This document shows, one piece after another, positions 37,077 through 50,422 of a stretch of 64,000 bases of DNA. The position numbers and the translations under genes are program-made. Position 1 is the stretch's first letter. Each line of letters opens with the position of its first letter. This DNA is from Eukaryota sp. GEM-RC1 (Eukaryota). Under the pieces are notes generated by a model. It made no database searches and was not told the DNA's origin. It was given only the letters and a program-made list of their open reading frames with translations. The stretch lies in the NCBI GenBank assembly GCA_040285855.1, contig JAUFOQ010000010.1, positions 248,001 through 312,000 on the forward strand. Reading direction: 5' to 3'.

Positions 37077-40000
37077 TAGATTTTAATAAATCAGAAAATT
37101 ATTTAAAACTCAAAATGGTTTGCACATTAGATAAAGTAAAAGTTTCTTACAAAATTAAAAATTTTATGACCATCAAAGAGTTCAGAAGCTGGATAGTCAG
37201 GAAAAAAAGTAAAGAAACACTTCTTGAATTCCGTTGTGAATAATTTGCACCCAGATGCTACTCGTAAGATGTAGGACTGTCAATTTCTCCCATCTCCCAC
37301 CCATCTTCCATCTCCCACGACCCTTAGGATTGGGAGTGGGAGCTTCAGTCACAATTCTTGGGAGTGGGAGTGGGAGCTCTCCTTTCATAGGAGGAACACC
37401 CAAATACTCCCATCTCCCATTTGCAGACACAACTATAACCTCAATTTTAAAACAGAAACAATCTAGCTAGATAAATACAGTTGTAATTTTTCTAAAATAT
37501 TGAGTAATGATGGGCAAAAGACCAGACCAACCGACCAGACTTCAGACCTCTAATGTTTGGTATGTAGGCCGATGATCTCTGGTCTGGTCTGTAGTCCATT
37601 GATGTTTGTTTTAGTTTTACGAGTACATCACTAAAAAATATAAAATATGTGCTTCCACTTCAATAATTCCAGTTTTAGATTCAGAAAACTGATTAATAGG
37701 ACATAATCATTTACAGTGTATGATTACCTGGTTTTGCCGAAAAAAATAACACACCTTCCTTTTCACACATGATGTCAGGTCCAATTATATAGCGTCACTT
37801 GATGGACTGCTTGAAGAGTTTGTTGTTGTGTAGCATTTCAGTGTTTTAAACAAGCCACATCATCCCATTTGTCATTTCTGTAATGATCTATTGGATTCAA
37901 AATTTACATTGACTTCTTCCGGATGTACCTTTCATCCTACATATCCCGTATACCCTTATAGATCCAACTCTACTAGAAGCAAACGTCCATGTAAGAAATT
38001 GGTCTATTTGAACAAACAAAATAAAAAAAGCCTTTGAACTTGTTCGGTGTAGAATTTGAATCTTATGGTTAATCTATTCTTAAATGGCAATTGCAACTTC
38101 CAGAATTAATTTCTTGTCTCATTTCTCTTAATGGTCTTGGTTTTTTAAGAAATATCTAACTCTTTTTTTTCAAGATAACAAAATGAAACAAAAATAGGTC
38201 ACTATAATCAAGAAGAGATTCTGAGTAGCAAAAATTACTTTTTCCACTGAGTAGAATCACTTAAAGACAGACATTTTCAAAAATTAGAAAACAAAGATAA
38301 CAAAAGACAAGAAATTATTGCCGAAACACAATTCATGTAGAAACATTTCATTTTTTAAGTGAAAAGTGAAAATGCAAAAAACTAATTAAATAAATTCCAA
38401 TGGTGATATAAATTGTCTAAGAATTTCAATTCTTGTCCACCTCTGAGCAACAATGTTTTGCAAAAAAAACCAGTATTAACCAAAAATTAGTTTAGGTAGG
38501 TTCTAAACTATCCGTATCGACTCTTTAACAATCACGTGATTTGATGATCACGTGATGACTAGAAAAGAGAACATGGTGAGAGCGGCGGAGAGATAGTTTT
38601 GTGGAGGATAAGAAAAGACTGACAAATATCTCTTAACAAATCTCTCAAACAGGGGACGTAAAGAGATGATGATAGAATAGCAAGAGGATAGACGAAGAGG
38701 GACAAACGAACAAGGGATTTGGTCCAACAAGAAGCAGGAGAAACCATCACGTGATTCTCAGCCATAATATTGTTAGAAGAGATCATGGAGGGTGGGAATA
38801 TGAGAAAGATACCGTGGAATAGGAAGACTTAGATCAGAACAGAGTCATTAGCTACGAAGAGCAACGACACATGGAAAGAGAGCAAGGATGATTGTTGGAG
38901 ATCGAACACGAGAGAGAAGATGGAGAGCTTTTGACGGAAGAATTGTAGCAGGAATATACTCAAGATCAAAGCGAACATTTACTATACACAACGCTGTCAA
39001 GCTGATGATTGAGCAAAGAACGAAATCTTAAACTGAATCTTATGAGGTTCAATCCAAAGGGACGTCTTCGTCTAGAGGGATTAGTTGTTGAAGGAGGAGC
39101 GAAGTTTGGATAAAAGGTCTTCTCATTAGTAAGTGATTTCCTCATTGGAGAGCCCTAGGCAAAGACTTGATCATCACAAGGGGAAGCAGGGCTAAAGAAA
39201 CTGTAAGGGAGATGCTAAGAAACAAGAAGTGGGATGACTAGCAGGAAGTGGTGGGTGTATGGAAGGAATCTAGAAGGGAAGTTGGCAATAGGATACCGAG
39301 AGCAAGGGATGTAGGACTAAGAGAGTCAGAGCATTGCAGATACATAGGATGAGAAGACCTAGGATTACCAAATGACCGTGTAAGACAAGGCTACAAATTT
39401 TAAAGGTGTGACTATAACAGGGATGGGAAACTCAAAATTAATTAATATCAAAAAAAATTTAACTACAGCTTTTGTTAATGACGAATATGAGATTAAACAA
39501 ACAGCTTTCATCAAACTCTTTCAATATCTTTACCAATGTTCCTCTCTACTATTGGATTTGTTTTTGTTCACTCTGTTCTATAAATGGATCAAACAAACCT
39601 TACAATAACACAAACCTATTGACTTATTGCTTCTCGTATTCTGTCGATATAAGCCATTTGATTTGTGTTGATTAGTGAAGGAAGTATTTTTGAATTGTGA
39701 GTTAATGTTAGAAAACACAATCTTGGGACAACTAGAGATGAATTTGTTTGAAATTTTATGTCATTTGTGAAGATAAACTGGTGTTTATGGAACAAAAACA
39801 GTAAAATAAACACAAAAACTAGAACTCAATATCATTAAAGCAATATTCATTGCCATTAAAACTCACATAAGCGTATTCTTCATAAAAAATACTGACAGCT
39901 AATATAGCTTTTGGAAATCATGATAGGATTTGTGTTAAATATTGCAAATATCATCTAGTGGTATATCAAATGATAAATTAAATGAAATCTTTCAATCTCT

Positions 40001-40400
40001 GGAAAACAGTGAGTGATAGTAGTAGTTTTTAAAATCTTGAAAAAAGTTCGAGTTGAATTCTGTTCGAGACTATGATGGCAAAATGAAGCACTACTAGTAC
40101 ATGCCTTCCGTAGTCCCTCGAAAATATCACTGTGATTATGAACCCTACATTTATCATGAATAATACACAAAATTGAAATCGTGCGAAAAATTGCCAGAAG
40201 CAAAGAAAGAACTTGCCACAAACAAACTTTGAGATTGAATCACAGTTCTGGTGAATGCAGTTTGACGGTTTAGAAGTAGAAGATGAATTTGACTTGTATC
40301 GCTACATGCCACTCCTTTTGGCCACCGAAGCTGTCGACTGTTCTCCTCAGTGGTGGGCAGAAGCGGCGTAAAGATATTTTGAAAAGGGACGATTACAAAA

Positions 40401-41343
40401 AGAAAAGGTAAATTGACAAGTTACCAGACAACTTTGGGTAAATTGACAAAACTTTTTGAGAAATTGTCGCACGACATTTTTTTCTCGTGTCATAAAGATT
40501 GTCACTATACCATCAAATTTGAATGTCAATTACAAGTTTTTATCGATCCAGAATAACATCATGTAACTACTGAGTTCTGGGTTGACGGCGTGGTGGCTCA
40601 TCGTTCTCTACACAAGTTCGTTTGTTATGGCCCCGTTGTCCACATACAGTACACGTTACCCTTCTGTCGATATTTTGGATATCAGCTCGAACTACCTCGT
40701 TGGAAGTTTGGTTTCTTGTAGGATTTCGTGGTCTACCTCTTTGAGGGATATCTTGTGTTCTCGGGTTCTCAGGTCATTGTTGCTCGGATAACAACTGTTT
40801 CAGTTTAGGGATTAATAAGCCCTTCGGGATGGAGGAAAGACTCTCAATGCTGTTCCAAAGAAACATCAGTTCAGAAGAGGTATCAAGAGGGGGATCTTGA
40901 GGAATTGGAGGATCTAACACAGCAATAGATGGCTCTGGGTCTAATTGCCATTGAGGATGGAAAGAGTTGACAGAAAGCAGCGAGGAGTGATTGGATCTGT
41001 GTAGCAAGCGGAAGTCCTTTGCAAACAACACTCTGTCCATAACTGACACATCAGCAGATGGTTCCTGTAGCCTTTGTTCAACTTTCTTGACTGCTTTAAT
41101 GGCATATTTGCTGACACCTCCTATCAACCCAGCACATAAATCAGATGACTAAGACTTAGAGCAAAACCTTGTTCAAAGGCCCATCTTCTGAGTGTTTGCT
41201 CTAGATCGTCTTGAGTGTCAAACCCGTAAAAAGGTGGCTTTGTAATTCGAGGATCACGTGACATAAAATTGTCGTGTTGAGTTTGCAAAAGTTTTGTCAA
41301 TTTACCCAAAGTTGTCTGGTAACTTGTCAATTTACCTTTTCTC
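40401..41343 (-). mobile_element. Non-autonomous MULE derivative
   Basis: ~56-bp perfect TIR AGAAAAGGTAAATTGACAAGTTACCAGAC...; flanking TTACAAAA at 40393-40400 and 41344-41351; MULE/FAR1-like peptides FDTQDDLEQTLRRWAFEQGFAL, VSKYAI and FHPQWQL. Confidence 0.85.
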
Positions 41344-41973
41344 TTACAAAATTGCCCAGATTTCTTCCTTCATCTTACAAAATTGCCCAGATTCATTCTC
41401 TGTATAAAACACATACTGTACATGTAACTTATTTCATTTATTTTTCTCTTCATTTTCATTGTCAAATATTAATTTCCTAATTTATCTGTAGTGGGAGTCA
41501 GAATTACTCATGCCCAGGATATGTTTCAATGACAGAAATGAACTGGAGTTTTCTTGATTGCAAGACGACGATTGTCCAATGATAGTATTGATGCCTTGTC
41601 TTGTTGAGTGTGAATTTCACAGTTCCCTTCACTATTAAAAGATACCCAAAGGAGAAACACGCGGACTGAATCAAGCTTGGTGTAATACAAAGGCTGTAAT
41701 TGACCAAGTATTGATAGACAGTGATGTGATTCAAGCTACAGGAAATGCATTAGAAGACTTTGATGTATCTCAAGTGGAAGAAGACAGTGTAAAATGTGAC
41801 TTCATCGGTGAAGTGGTATGGATTTAATATCTATTGAGGGGGTAGTTATAAATAGAAGTGGGAAGACATGAAAAGTTTTTCACAGGTTCCATTTGAGTTT
41901 CTACTTCATCATTAACTTTTTTATTCGTTTTGTTTACTGTGCTAAAAGCTGTATTCGGTACCCAAAAGATAAC

Positions 41974-44900
41974 CTTTTACAAAAATTTGAACTTGTCCAA
42001 CAAATAAATAACACTAAGACCAAATGCAAACAACTTAATCGCTATCCGGTAGACTTTAGTGAAGAATAGGGTGATTTGTTCGCAATTACATGTACAATGT
42101 TAATTTAGTACATTACTGGAACGTAAGCTATTCAACTTTAGTCTCTCTTTAGACTGAACAATCAGTCAGTTGTCGTCAATCGTACGGATTATAAGTGGAA
42201 CATTAACTCAACAAATTCTAGAACTGTACTTTTAATAATGCACTTAAATTCAATTCACATCTGGAATTGAGTTGTTTCTGACAGTATGTCTGATTGAAGC
42301 ATATAGACGATTCACATTCGCAACAGAATGGTACTAAAGTTCTTTAAATGTCGTGCACTTTAAATTCAGTCTAATCGCAACCAATCTCCCATAAGAGGTA
42401 TTCTCTTGTTATTATATACATGAAAAAACCACAATGAGAATCTTCACTCTCATTGTATAACGTAACGTTAAGCTTAAAAAACATTGGCTTAGTACGTGGA
42501 CTTTTCTCACCGGCTTCATCAATCACACTGTCTTTGTAAGAGCAAACACGTCAAAAGATGTCGTTTATAAAAATAGATGCTCATGGAACAAAGACAAAGA
42601 AAAATCTCTATCATGTACGTTCTTCCGAACAGGACAGTTACGTTTGCCAAGATGAATTGAAGAGAAAACACTGTACATCTTAGGTAACAGACGAAGAGTA
42701 TCTGCCTTTTTAGGAGGGGGCTTGGCGGTTTGGACAGGATTGAAACCATCAGACGAAAAATATATATCATTGTTTAAATTGAGTATTAATAAAAAATGAA
42801 TCAAATTAGTCAATCATTGAACATTGATTTTACAGATACATATGTAATAGGATATAATATAATTATTTTTGTACTTTGATCTGTAATCGTTTTTGTTTGT
42901 ATTTGTTTTTGTTCAACCCCTGTATCATAGAGGAATGATTATACATTTATTAAGCAATGTATATCTACAAACAAGGACAGCAAAAGAATACATAACAGAA
43001 ACTCAGAGTCATCACGTCATCAAAACTTAATACGATTATTTGAGATTCTTTTGACAAGTTCTATAGTATCTGAATCAATTGAGTTACCACCTAAATTAAT
43101 CTCAGTAACAACGGAATCTAGTTTTAGTGCTTCAGCCAAAGTAATTACCCCATTATTGCTAAAGAAATTATTCCGAATCTTAAGTATTTTAAGATTTAAA
43201 AAAGAATCAAATTGAATCAAACAAACAAATATGGATAAATATTCATCATCTAGATTACATTCACTTAAGTCAACAGAAGTCAAGTGATTATTGACCCTGA
43301 TAAAATCACACAAAAGAGTGAATGTTTTAATGGAAAAACGACAATTATTAAGAGTCAGCCCTTTAATACCACAATACTGTAGAAACTGTTGTAGAGAAGT
43401 GACATCTTCAGTTGGAATATTAGTAGTGTTTTCTGGTGAAAATCCAAACAAGTTCTTTTCAAAATCAATAAAGAAAGGAGAAACATTCAGGTCTATCACT
43501 GACCTGTTAATGGAAAAAATTTCAAATAAGTTCACAAGTCCTTGTAGACTTGGAGTTCTCAATCCAAGACATTCAACACGTTTAATGGGAACATTTGACT
43601 TTAAAGCATCCAATAGAAAATGTAAATCACAGTTTTCAATTTGGCTCTCAAATCGAATAAGACCACGAGAAAAATCAATAGAGTGCGGGGACACTTGAAT
43701 ATCACGTGTTAACTTATTAACTGAGACCAAATGAAAGATAATTAAAAGACTTTTTAGTCCAAAGTGGTTCTTACTCAGATTAACCACTCTTAAAGAACAA
43801 TTGGATTGAAGAGCACTGGTAAAAGTCAATATCATGTCATCATCTAGATGACAGTCACTGAGGTCAATAGAAGTCAAGTGGTTGTTGACCCTGATTAAAT
43901 CACACAAAATAGTGAATGTTTCAATGGAAAAACGACAATTATTAATAGTTAACTCTTTAATACCACAATACTGTAAAAACGGTATTAAAGAAGAGACTTC
44001 ATCGGTAGTGATTTGGGTAGTCATTTTTGGGGAAAATACAAACACGTGCTCTTCAAAATCAACAAAAAAAGGATCAACCATGAGATCAATCGCTGATTTG
44101 TTAATGGAAAGAATTTCAAGTCGATACAAGAGACATTCAAGACTTGGACTTTTCAATCCACGACTACACACACGTTTAATAGGAAGGTTTAACTGTAAAG
44201 CATTTAGAAGTAAAATTAAGTCACCGTTTTCAAAAAAATTGTGGTAATGAATCAAACCAAGAGAAACATCAACAAAATGAGGAGAAACTTGGATATTTGC
44301 TGTTAATCTACCGCTTGAAACCAGTTCAAATATATACAAAAGATTCTTAAAACACATGTTATCATTAAAGAGACTGATTTGTTTTAAATTGGCGTTGAGT
44401 TGAAGTGCATTAATTAATTGAGAGAAATCTTCAGTTTCGGTCCTAAATGATCTAGAAAAGGGGCTTGAATACCTATTGACGGAATTCACTGATATTTCAA
44501 ATGAAGATGAATTCAAGGTATTATTTGAACTTATTGAATCACACAATATAGTGATTGATTCTTCATAGAAACGACATTTCCTAAGAATAAGCTTTTTGAG
44601 ATTAAAACTCGTCAAAAGAATTTGTAAAGATGAAACTTCTTCAGCATTTAATTGAGTAGACGTATATGATGAATAACAAAATACACCATTTTTAACATCA
44701 ATACAATTAGGAGCAATATCAAAAGACAAACGAATAGTATTCACAGAGAGATATTTAAATAACGCTGTCAAATGACTTAAATTCAACGAATGAAAACTAA
44801 CCGTCTTAAGTGTCGAATTGCGCTTAAAAGATATTAGAATGTTTTCAAATTCAAATATAGTATGTTTTGAAACATTAAGTCTCAAAACCAGCAGACTACG

Positions 44901-47056
44901 GTTGTTAAGTATCATCCCAATTAAAAAATTCACAGTGATATATTCACCATTAAAACCAGTGCCACTTTGGTCTGCCAAGTCTAATTCCAGTAAGGAAGAA
45001 CAACTTTGAAGAGTTTGAAAAGAGTTGATAATTCAACACTACACTTTCTTACTTCAAGTTTTTTCAAACACCTGTTGAATTGGAAAATTTCAGAGATTTC
45101 AGCAACAAAACGATTATTGTGATAAGTCACTTCCCTGAGAGAGCAATGGTACTTAAGATCATTCAGTATTGTAATACATCCACCTTTGCAAAAGACTATA
45201 CTTCTAAGTCTAGAATTCTTCAACAATGGTAAAAGAACACTGGAATTTCGAACTGGAAAATTAGATAAATCAATTTTTTCAATACTTGAACTATTTGACA
45301 AAGCTGATATCAGTAGCAGAGCTTTTGCATCTTTAAGTCGATCTCCGTCAAAAGACAATGTAACTGTTCTCAAGGTGTTATTTGAAGAAAACACTTCGGA
45401 AAGACATTGAATTTGAGGTGTCGCAATAATAAAAATTTTAACACTTAGATGCACAACAGTAGTATTAGCTAGGAGAACTTTACAAAACGCAGAAAAGGTA
45501 GATTTGGGCTGTGAAGTAGCATAAATTTCGATATTAAGACGTGTAACACGTGGCAGAAAAAAACTCGACGACTTATCAAATAATTCGAGTATATTGGTGT
45601 CACCAGTATAATCCAATTCAGAGTCTGACCCATATTCAGAGCCATCGAATTCTGCATCATAAGGACGAAACCCAGATAAGAGTAACACCTGGGAAATACA
45701 ATCAGTGAACTGATGGATGTCTGCAAGTTCTAGCGATGGGAATACGGCCAAGGCCACAGAGTGTATATCTGCTTTGAAGAAAGAGGAAATTGAATAGAGT
45801 AGAACAAGATCATTAGATTCAACCTCAAATGTGTTGGTTTCAAAAACAATTTCACTGCAGAGAAAGCAGAATCGAAGAAATGTTGACTAACGAAGCCAAC
45901 TTTCTCAAAGAAGGAAATGAGTCCGTTGATCACATCTAAGAGGGGTTTATGATATATCTTCAAAGGAAGGGGAAGCTTTATGAGACGGTTGAGATAATGA
46001 AACTGTATTAGTATCAACAAGGACTGTTGGAAATGGACATGTTTGAAAGAAGATTCACGAAGGAGTGGAAGTGAATGTGTCAAAGATGAGAATGGTTGGG
46101 GGTTGGAGGACGTATCTCCGAAACTGGAATAGATGCTATTATGCATTCAGAGCCTTTTTTTTAAAAGTGAAGAGTGGAGTTATCTGACACGAGATCAACT
46201 GAAGAAGAAGGATAACCAATTTTGGTATTTCACCAATGCTACCGACAATAGAAATAGCAAATGGAATAAATACACAGTTCGATGTCGTATTGCTATTGAG
46301 TTTAGCAACACCTTCGGAACACAAATCAATTTTACGTCTTTCTTCTGTTTCTAGGTGGTTGAAATCTTTTAACCATATTTTGTTTTTCTGTTCGAATGAC
46401 TTTGAGTTAAATCGCATAACTTCTATTCAAAACAAACCACAGTCAAAAGACTATCTGTCCATGGTTCTTTGTCTGCTACGTGTAAAATGTCCATCTTTCT
46501 ATCGCATTGTCAAACACGTGTTATTGTCAATGAGAGTGTTCCAGACATTCCTTGAGAACATTTATAAATAATAATAATATTAAGCATTATAGTGATGATA
46601 ATATTACCAATTCTCGACGAGGTGATCTCATTATTCCATATCTTGATTCTTGTCAAGCTGTGGTAGATTTTACTACTGTTGATCCATGTGCTAAAGTATA
46701 TTTGAATTCAGTTTTGAGTGATACTGAAAATCATTTATCCAAAGCTGAAAAAGAAAGATCAGAACATATTCTGACACAATGATCAAACTGAATTCCAATA
46801 TGTATTCTTTTTTTAAGTTTATTCCTTTTACAATTTCAATTCTTGGTAATATTGGATTTGCTGCTGAAAATTTCTTTGATGCATTTTCAAAGTTGTGCCG
46901 TGACCATAGGAAAAATATTAATCAGTCTCTTTGGCGCAATCGCATTGTTTTTTCCTTATATAGAAGTTTCCCAAAGTATTTGAATCGTTTTCTGGACAAA
47001 TTGTATGGTAGTAGTTCAAGAGTAGATGTGGATCATTTAATATCTTTTAAGTACTA
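41974..47056 (-). repeat. Right arm of the inverted segmental duplication
   Basis: Reverse complement of 26971-31996. Confidence 0.95.
43020..46146 (-). CDS. LRR family paralogue B' (~1040 aa if two homopolymer frameshifts are corrected)
   Basis: ORFs 45730-46146, 44981-45757 and 43020-44978. The breaks are at T5 and T4 runs (minus strand). Confidence 0.85.
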
Positions 47057-47057
47057 G
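46560..47057 (+). mobile_element. RLE non-LTR 3' fragment
   Basis: RRGDLIIPYLD...DFTTVDPC; FIPFTISILGNIG...LWRNRIVFSLYR. Confidence 0.85.
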
Positions 47058-47656
47058 TTGTTTGTATTTCGTTAATTTATAACATAAAATCGAAAAGAAG
47101 AGTTTATTTGCAACAATAAATTAATACATGCTGTTTCAGAAAATGAAAGAAGTTAAATTCTCCACATCAACACGAGAATTGTCCCTATACAACTTCGAAT
47201 AAATGGAACATAAATACTAGGGAATGCTTCTATAAAGAGCAAACATAATTCGATTAATCCATACAGCGCTATTAAACACATTGCCATTGGAACGACATAA
47301 AAGACTAAAATCACTGAAAAACTTTAAACCGGCTGGACCAATATTACCAAAAATTGAAATTGCAAATGGAACAAAAGAAAACTTAGAAATAAAATCTATT
47401 TTAAATAATAATATTTGTATTTGAAGATACCAACTTACCTCGTTGAGGACATTAATTGATAATTAATTGTTTTATCATTTTTTAACATCGTCACTTGAGT
47501 GGAGATCTTCACAATTAGTTCAGCTTATGGCTTCCACAGTTTTGAAATATGGTTCATTAAAAATCTGATATGTATTTTCGATTGGATTCTTAACAGAAAC
47601 TAAACGTTCCAATAATGATTTCTATATAAAGTAAATATATATTTTTATAGTAATGG

Positions 47657-48320
47657 CAGGGCTCCTCATAAATATATATAAATTCTATTTATTTCTATTT
47701 ATTTCTATTTATATTTATTTTTGAGGCTTTTTGGCGATCATGCAAATAAAACAAAATAAAACATAATATAAATAAATATAAATAAAATGTTGGAAATCAA
47801 ACTTCATTGATCTATATAATAAATGAGTTAATTTACTGCTCAAGGTTGTTGATTGACTTGAAACATGATCTGTGAAATACTCAAGCTCAGACAAAAATTA
47901 CGGTTGAGACATTTTCTATCAACCTTTGCCATTCCAATGTCGAACCTAACCAATACAGACGAGCCTTTACCTGTGTTATAAGCCAATTCAACGACTATAC
48001 CCGGGCATATGATCATTGAACGATTCTCATAGTCGTTCACGATGCTGAACATTGAACTAATATTGAAGATCCACAGATATCTATGGAATGACGACACAGT
48101 TAGAGCAATTATATGAAGCAGAAAGTCAACTAACCTATTTCGACAAGAAAGGGATGATCAAATGGATTGTGTATTCATCTATAGTGACTCAGATTAGATG
48201 TATAATAAAATAATTTTTTTCTATTTGGGTTTTATTTCGTTTTAATTATATTAATTTCACATTTATTTTTGTAACTTTTGGATGTTCAAATTATTTTAAA
48301 TTATATTATGAGAGGGCCTG
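47657..48320. mobile_element. hAT-type MITE (664 bp)
   Basis: Imperfect TIR CAGGGCTCCTCATAA / CAGGCCCTCTCATAA; 8-bp TSD AGTAATGG at 47649-47656 and 48321-48328. Confidence 0.85.
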
Positions 48321-48495
48321 AGTAATGGTTTTCATTGAAAAATCGACACTGCCATATTATCTTCATCATGTTCTGTAAGTGATAATAAAGCGTCAGAACT
48401 GTAATAATTTTTAGTTACATATATCAATAAAAACAAAACTGACAACTATTTGAACACAGAAAACCAACCTCAAAAAGAGATTAAAGATTAAATTT

Positions 48496-49957
48496 CTACT
48501 TGTATTTAAAATTGATGTGACCATTTAATTTCCGCTTAATATATTTTTTAGTATGTTGACTGATAGTGTTATAACAGAAATAAATCTCAACAACTGAAGT
48601 ATTCACTGCAAATGCATCAGCTAAAGCCTTGAAACTTTTGTTGTAAACATCAAAACGACAGAAGTCAACAGAAGTCAAGGAATTATTGACCCTGAGTGAA
48701 TCGCATAGGACAGTGATCGCGTCATCAGTAAAACTACAGTTTGTAAGAACAAGCTCTTTGATACTAAAACGCTTCAACAAAGACTGTAAAGAAGTGACTT
48801 CTTTCGAAGTTATTCGGGTGCAGTTTGATGGTAAATACTGAAATACACCATTTTCAACGTCAATTACGTGAGGAGAAATACCAGAATCTATCACTGATTT
48901 GTTGATGGACCGAATTTCAAATAAAGTAACAAGTCCTTCTAAACATGAACCACACTGCCCACATTTAACACGTTTAATTGGCACTTTTGACTTTAGAGCA
49001 TCCAAAAGAACAACTAAACCCCGGTTACCAAGATAGTGCGCATAATAAATATAACCACGAGAAACATCAAAAGAGTGACGAGAAAATTTAATATTTGCAG
49101 TTAATTTGTTTGCAGATGCAAGCTGAAACACAGTAAATAGACACTCAAAACCAAGTCTATCTTCAATTGGATGAGTATTGAGGTAGACATTTTTAATATT
49201 AGACTTGGATTGAAGGGCATCAATCAACTTTAAAAAATCGTGATCAGAAATTGAGTTCTGAGAAGTGTTTGAGTCTGGTTTAAAAGAACCAATATAACTC
49301 AAGTCAATAAAAGTCAATGAATTATTGGCCCTGATTGAATCACACAAAATAGTGAACGCTTCAGGAGTAAAATAAAATCCTCTTAAAATAAGTTCTGTAA
49401 TATTATGAGAATTTAAAAACGATTGTAGAGAACAAACTTCTTTAGCAGTGATTCTACGGGATACTTCTGAAGAAAAATTAAACACACCGGTTTTAACATC
49501 AATAAAGTGATGAGCAATATCAACACTTGTATATAGTGTTTGTTTGAATATTGCTTCAAAAACTAGCATTAAAGAACTCAAGTTCAATATGGGAAAAATG
49601 AATATCTTCAATGTTGAATTTTGTTCCAATCCTTTTAAAATTGTTGTAAATTTAGAAGTAGTCACATATACACCAATAAGATTTAAAGCAATTAGACTGG
49701 TATTTCTCTGTAACAATTCACTTAAGGACTGTGCTTCTGAATCTTTGAGAATTAATCTGCCATGAAGTGGCATGAAATTTAGCTCCAATAGCGAAGTATT
49801 TGTTTCAAGAGATTTACAAATTGGTGAAAAACTAAATGGTCCTGAGATTTCAAGTTTTTTTAAATACGTATTAAATCGTAAAACATCAGCAAGATCTTCA
49901 GAAGTGAATGTATATGCTGGTATTGCTATTTCTTTAATAGAAGAATTGTTTTTAAGA
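48496..49957 (-). pseudogene. LRR family paralogue A', 5'-truncated
   Basis: Open 488-aa frame homologous to 23369-24810. Homology stops abruptly at ~49957. Confidence 0.85.
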
Positions 49958-50160
49958 CGCAAATCATTTGATTGATGTCACAACAAGGGTATTTTCTTTT
50001 CAGCAAGTCTCGCATATGTTGATGTTATGTCTGATGATGAAGATGAAGATGAGATTTGGGTTTGAAATCTTTTACTCTGTTATGCCTAAGAAAGTGTTTT
50101 TGTTCTGTTGTTTTAGCTGTTGTTTACAAAGTCTGGAATATTTATTGGAAATTCAGTCAT

Positions 50161-50310
50161 CCGCTGGAATCCGTCATCAACCCGTTACAACATCGTCGAC
50201 GATTGTTGCAGTCGACGTGACGGCTGATTCTAGAGCGTCGGGTCATGTCGACGGAGAGAGACAGTCGTCGACCCCCGTCGACTGCCGTCAAATGACAAGT
50301 CTAGTCTAGG
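50161..50310 (-). ncRNA. Highly structured GC-rich segment; candidate omegaRNA or element end of the second Fanzor
   Basis: Five GTCGAC sites; palindrome ATCGTCGACGAT (50192-50203); inverted pairs GCAGTCGACG (50208-50217)/CGTCGACTGC (50276-50285) and CCGTCA/TGACGG. Confidence 0.4.
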
Positions 50311-50422
50311 TAGTCAAAAACAATGTTCAAACGCCTTCATCTACATGTACTTACAGACATGTGGTCATTGTCTATGATGCCCTGAATGTCTTGGTCTTTT
50401 GACTGCTTTCATCTGCGCTCCT

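Noticed and set aside
37255..37590. CTCCCA/GGGAG and AGACC/GGTCT repeat clusters and their small ORFs
   Set aside because: They look like orphan transposon ends, but no partner TIR or TSD was found; the ORFs are low-complexity.
38548..39360. Purine-skewed segment suggesting a minus-strand gene
   Set aside because: Stops occur in all frames and there is only a faint likeness to the LRR N-terminus, so it cannot be called.
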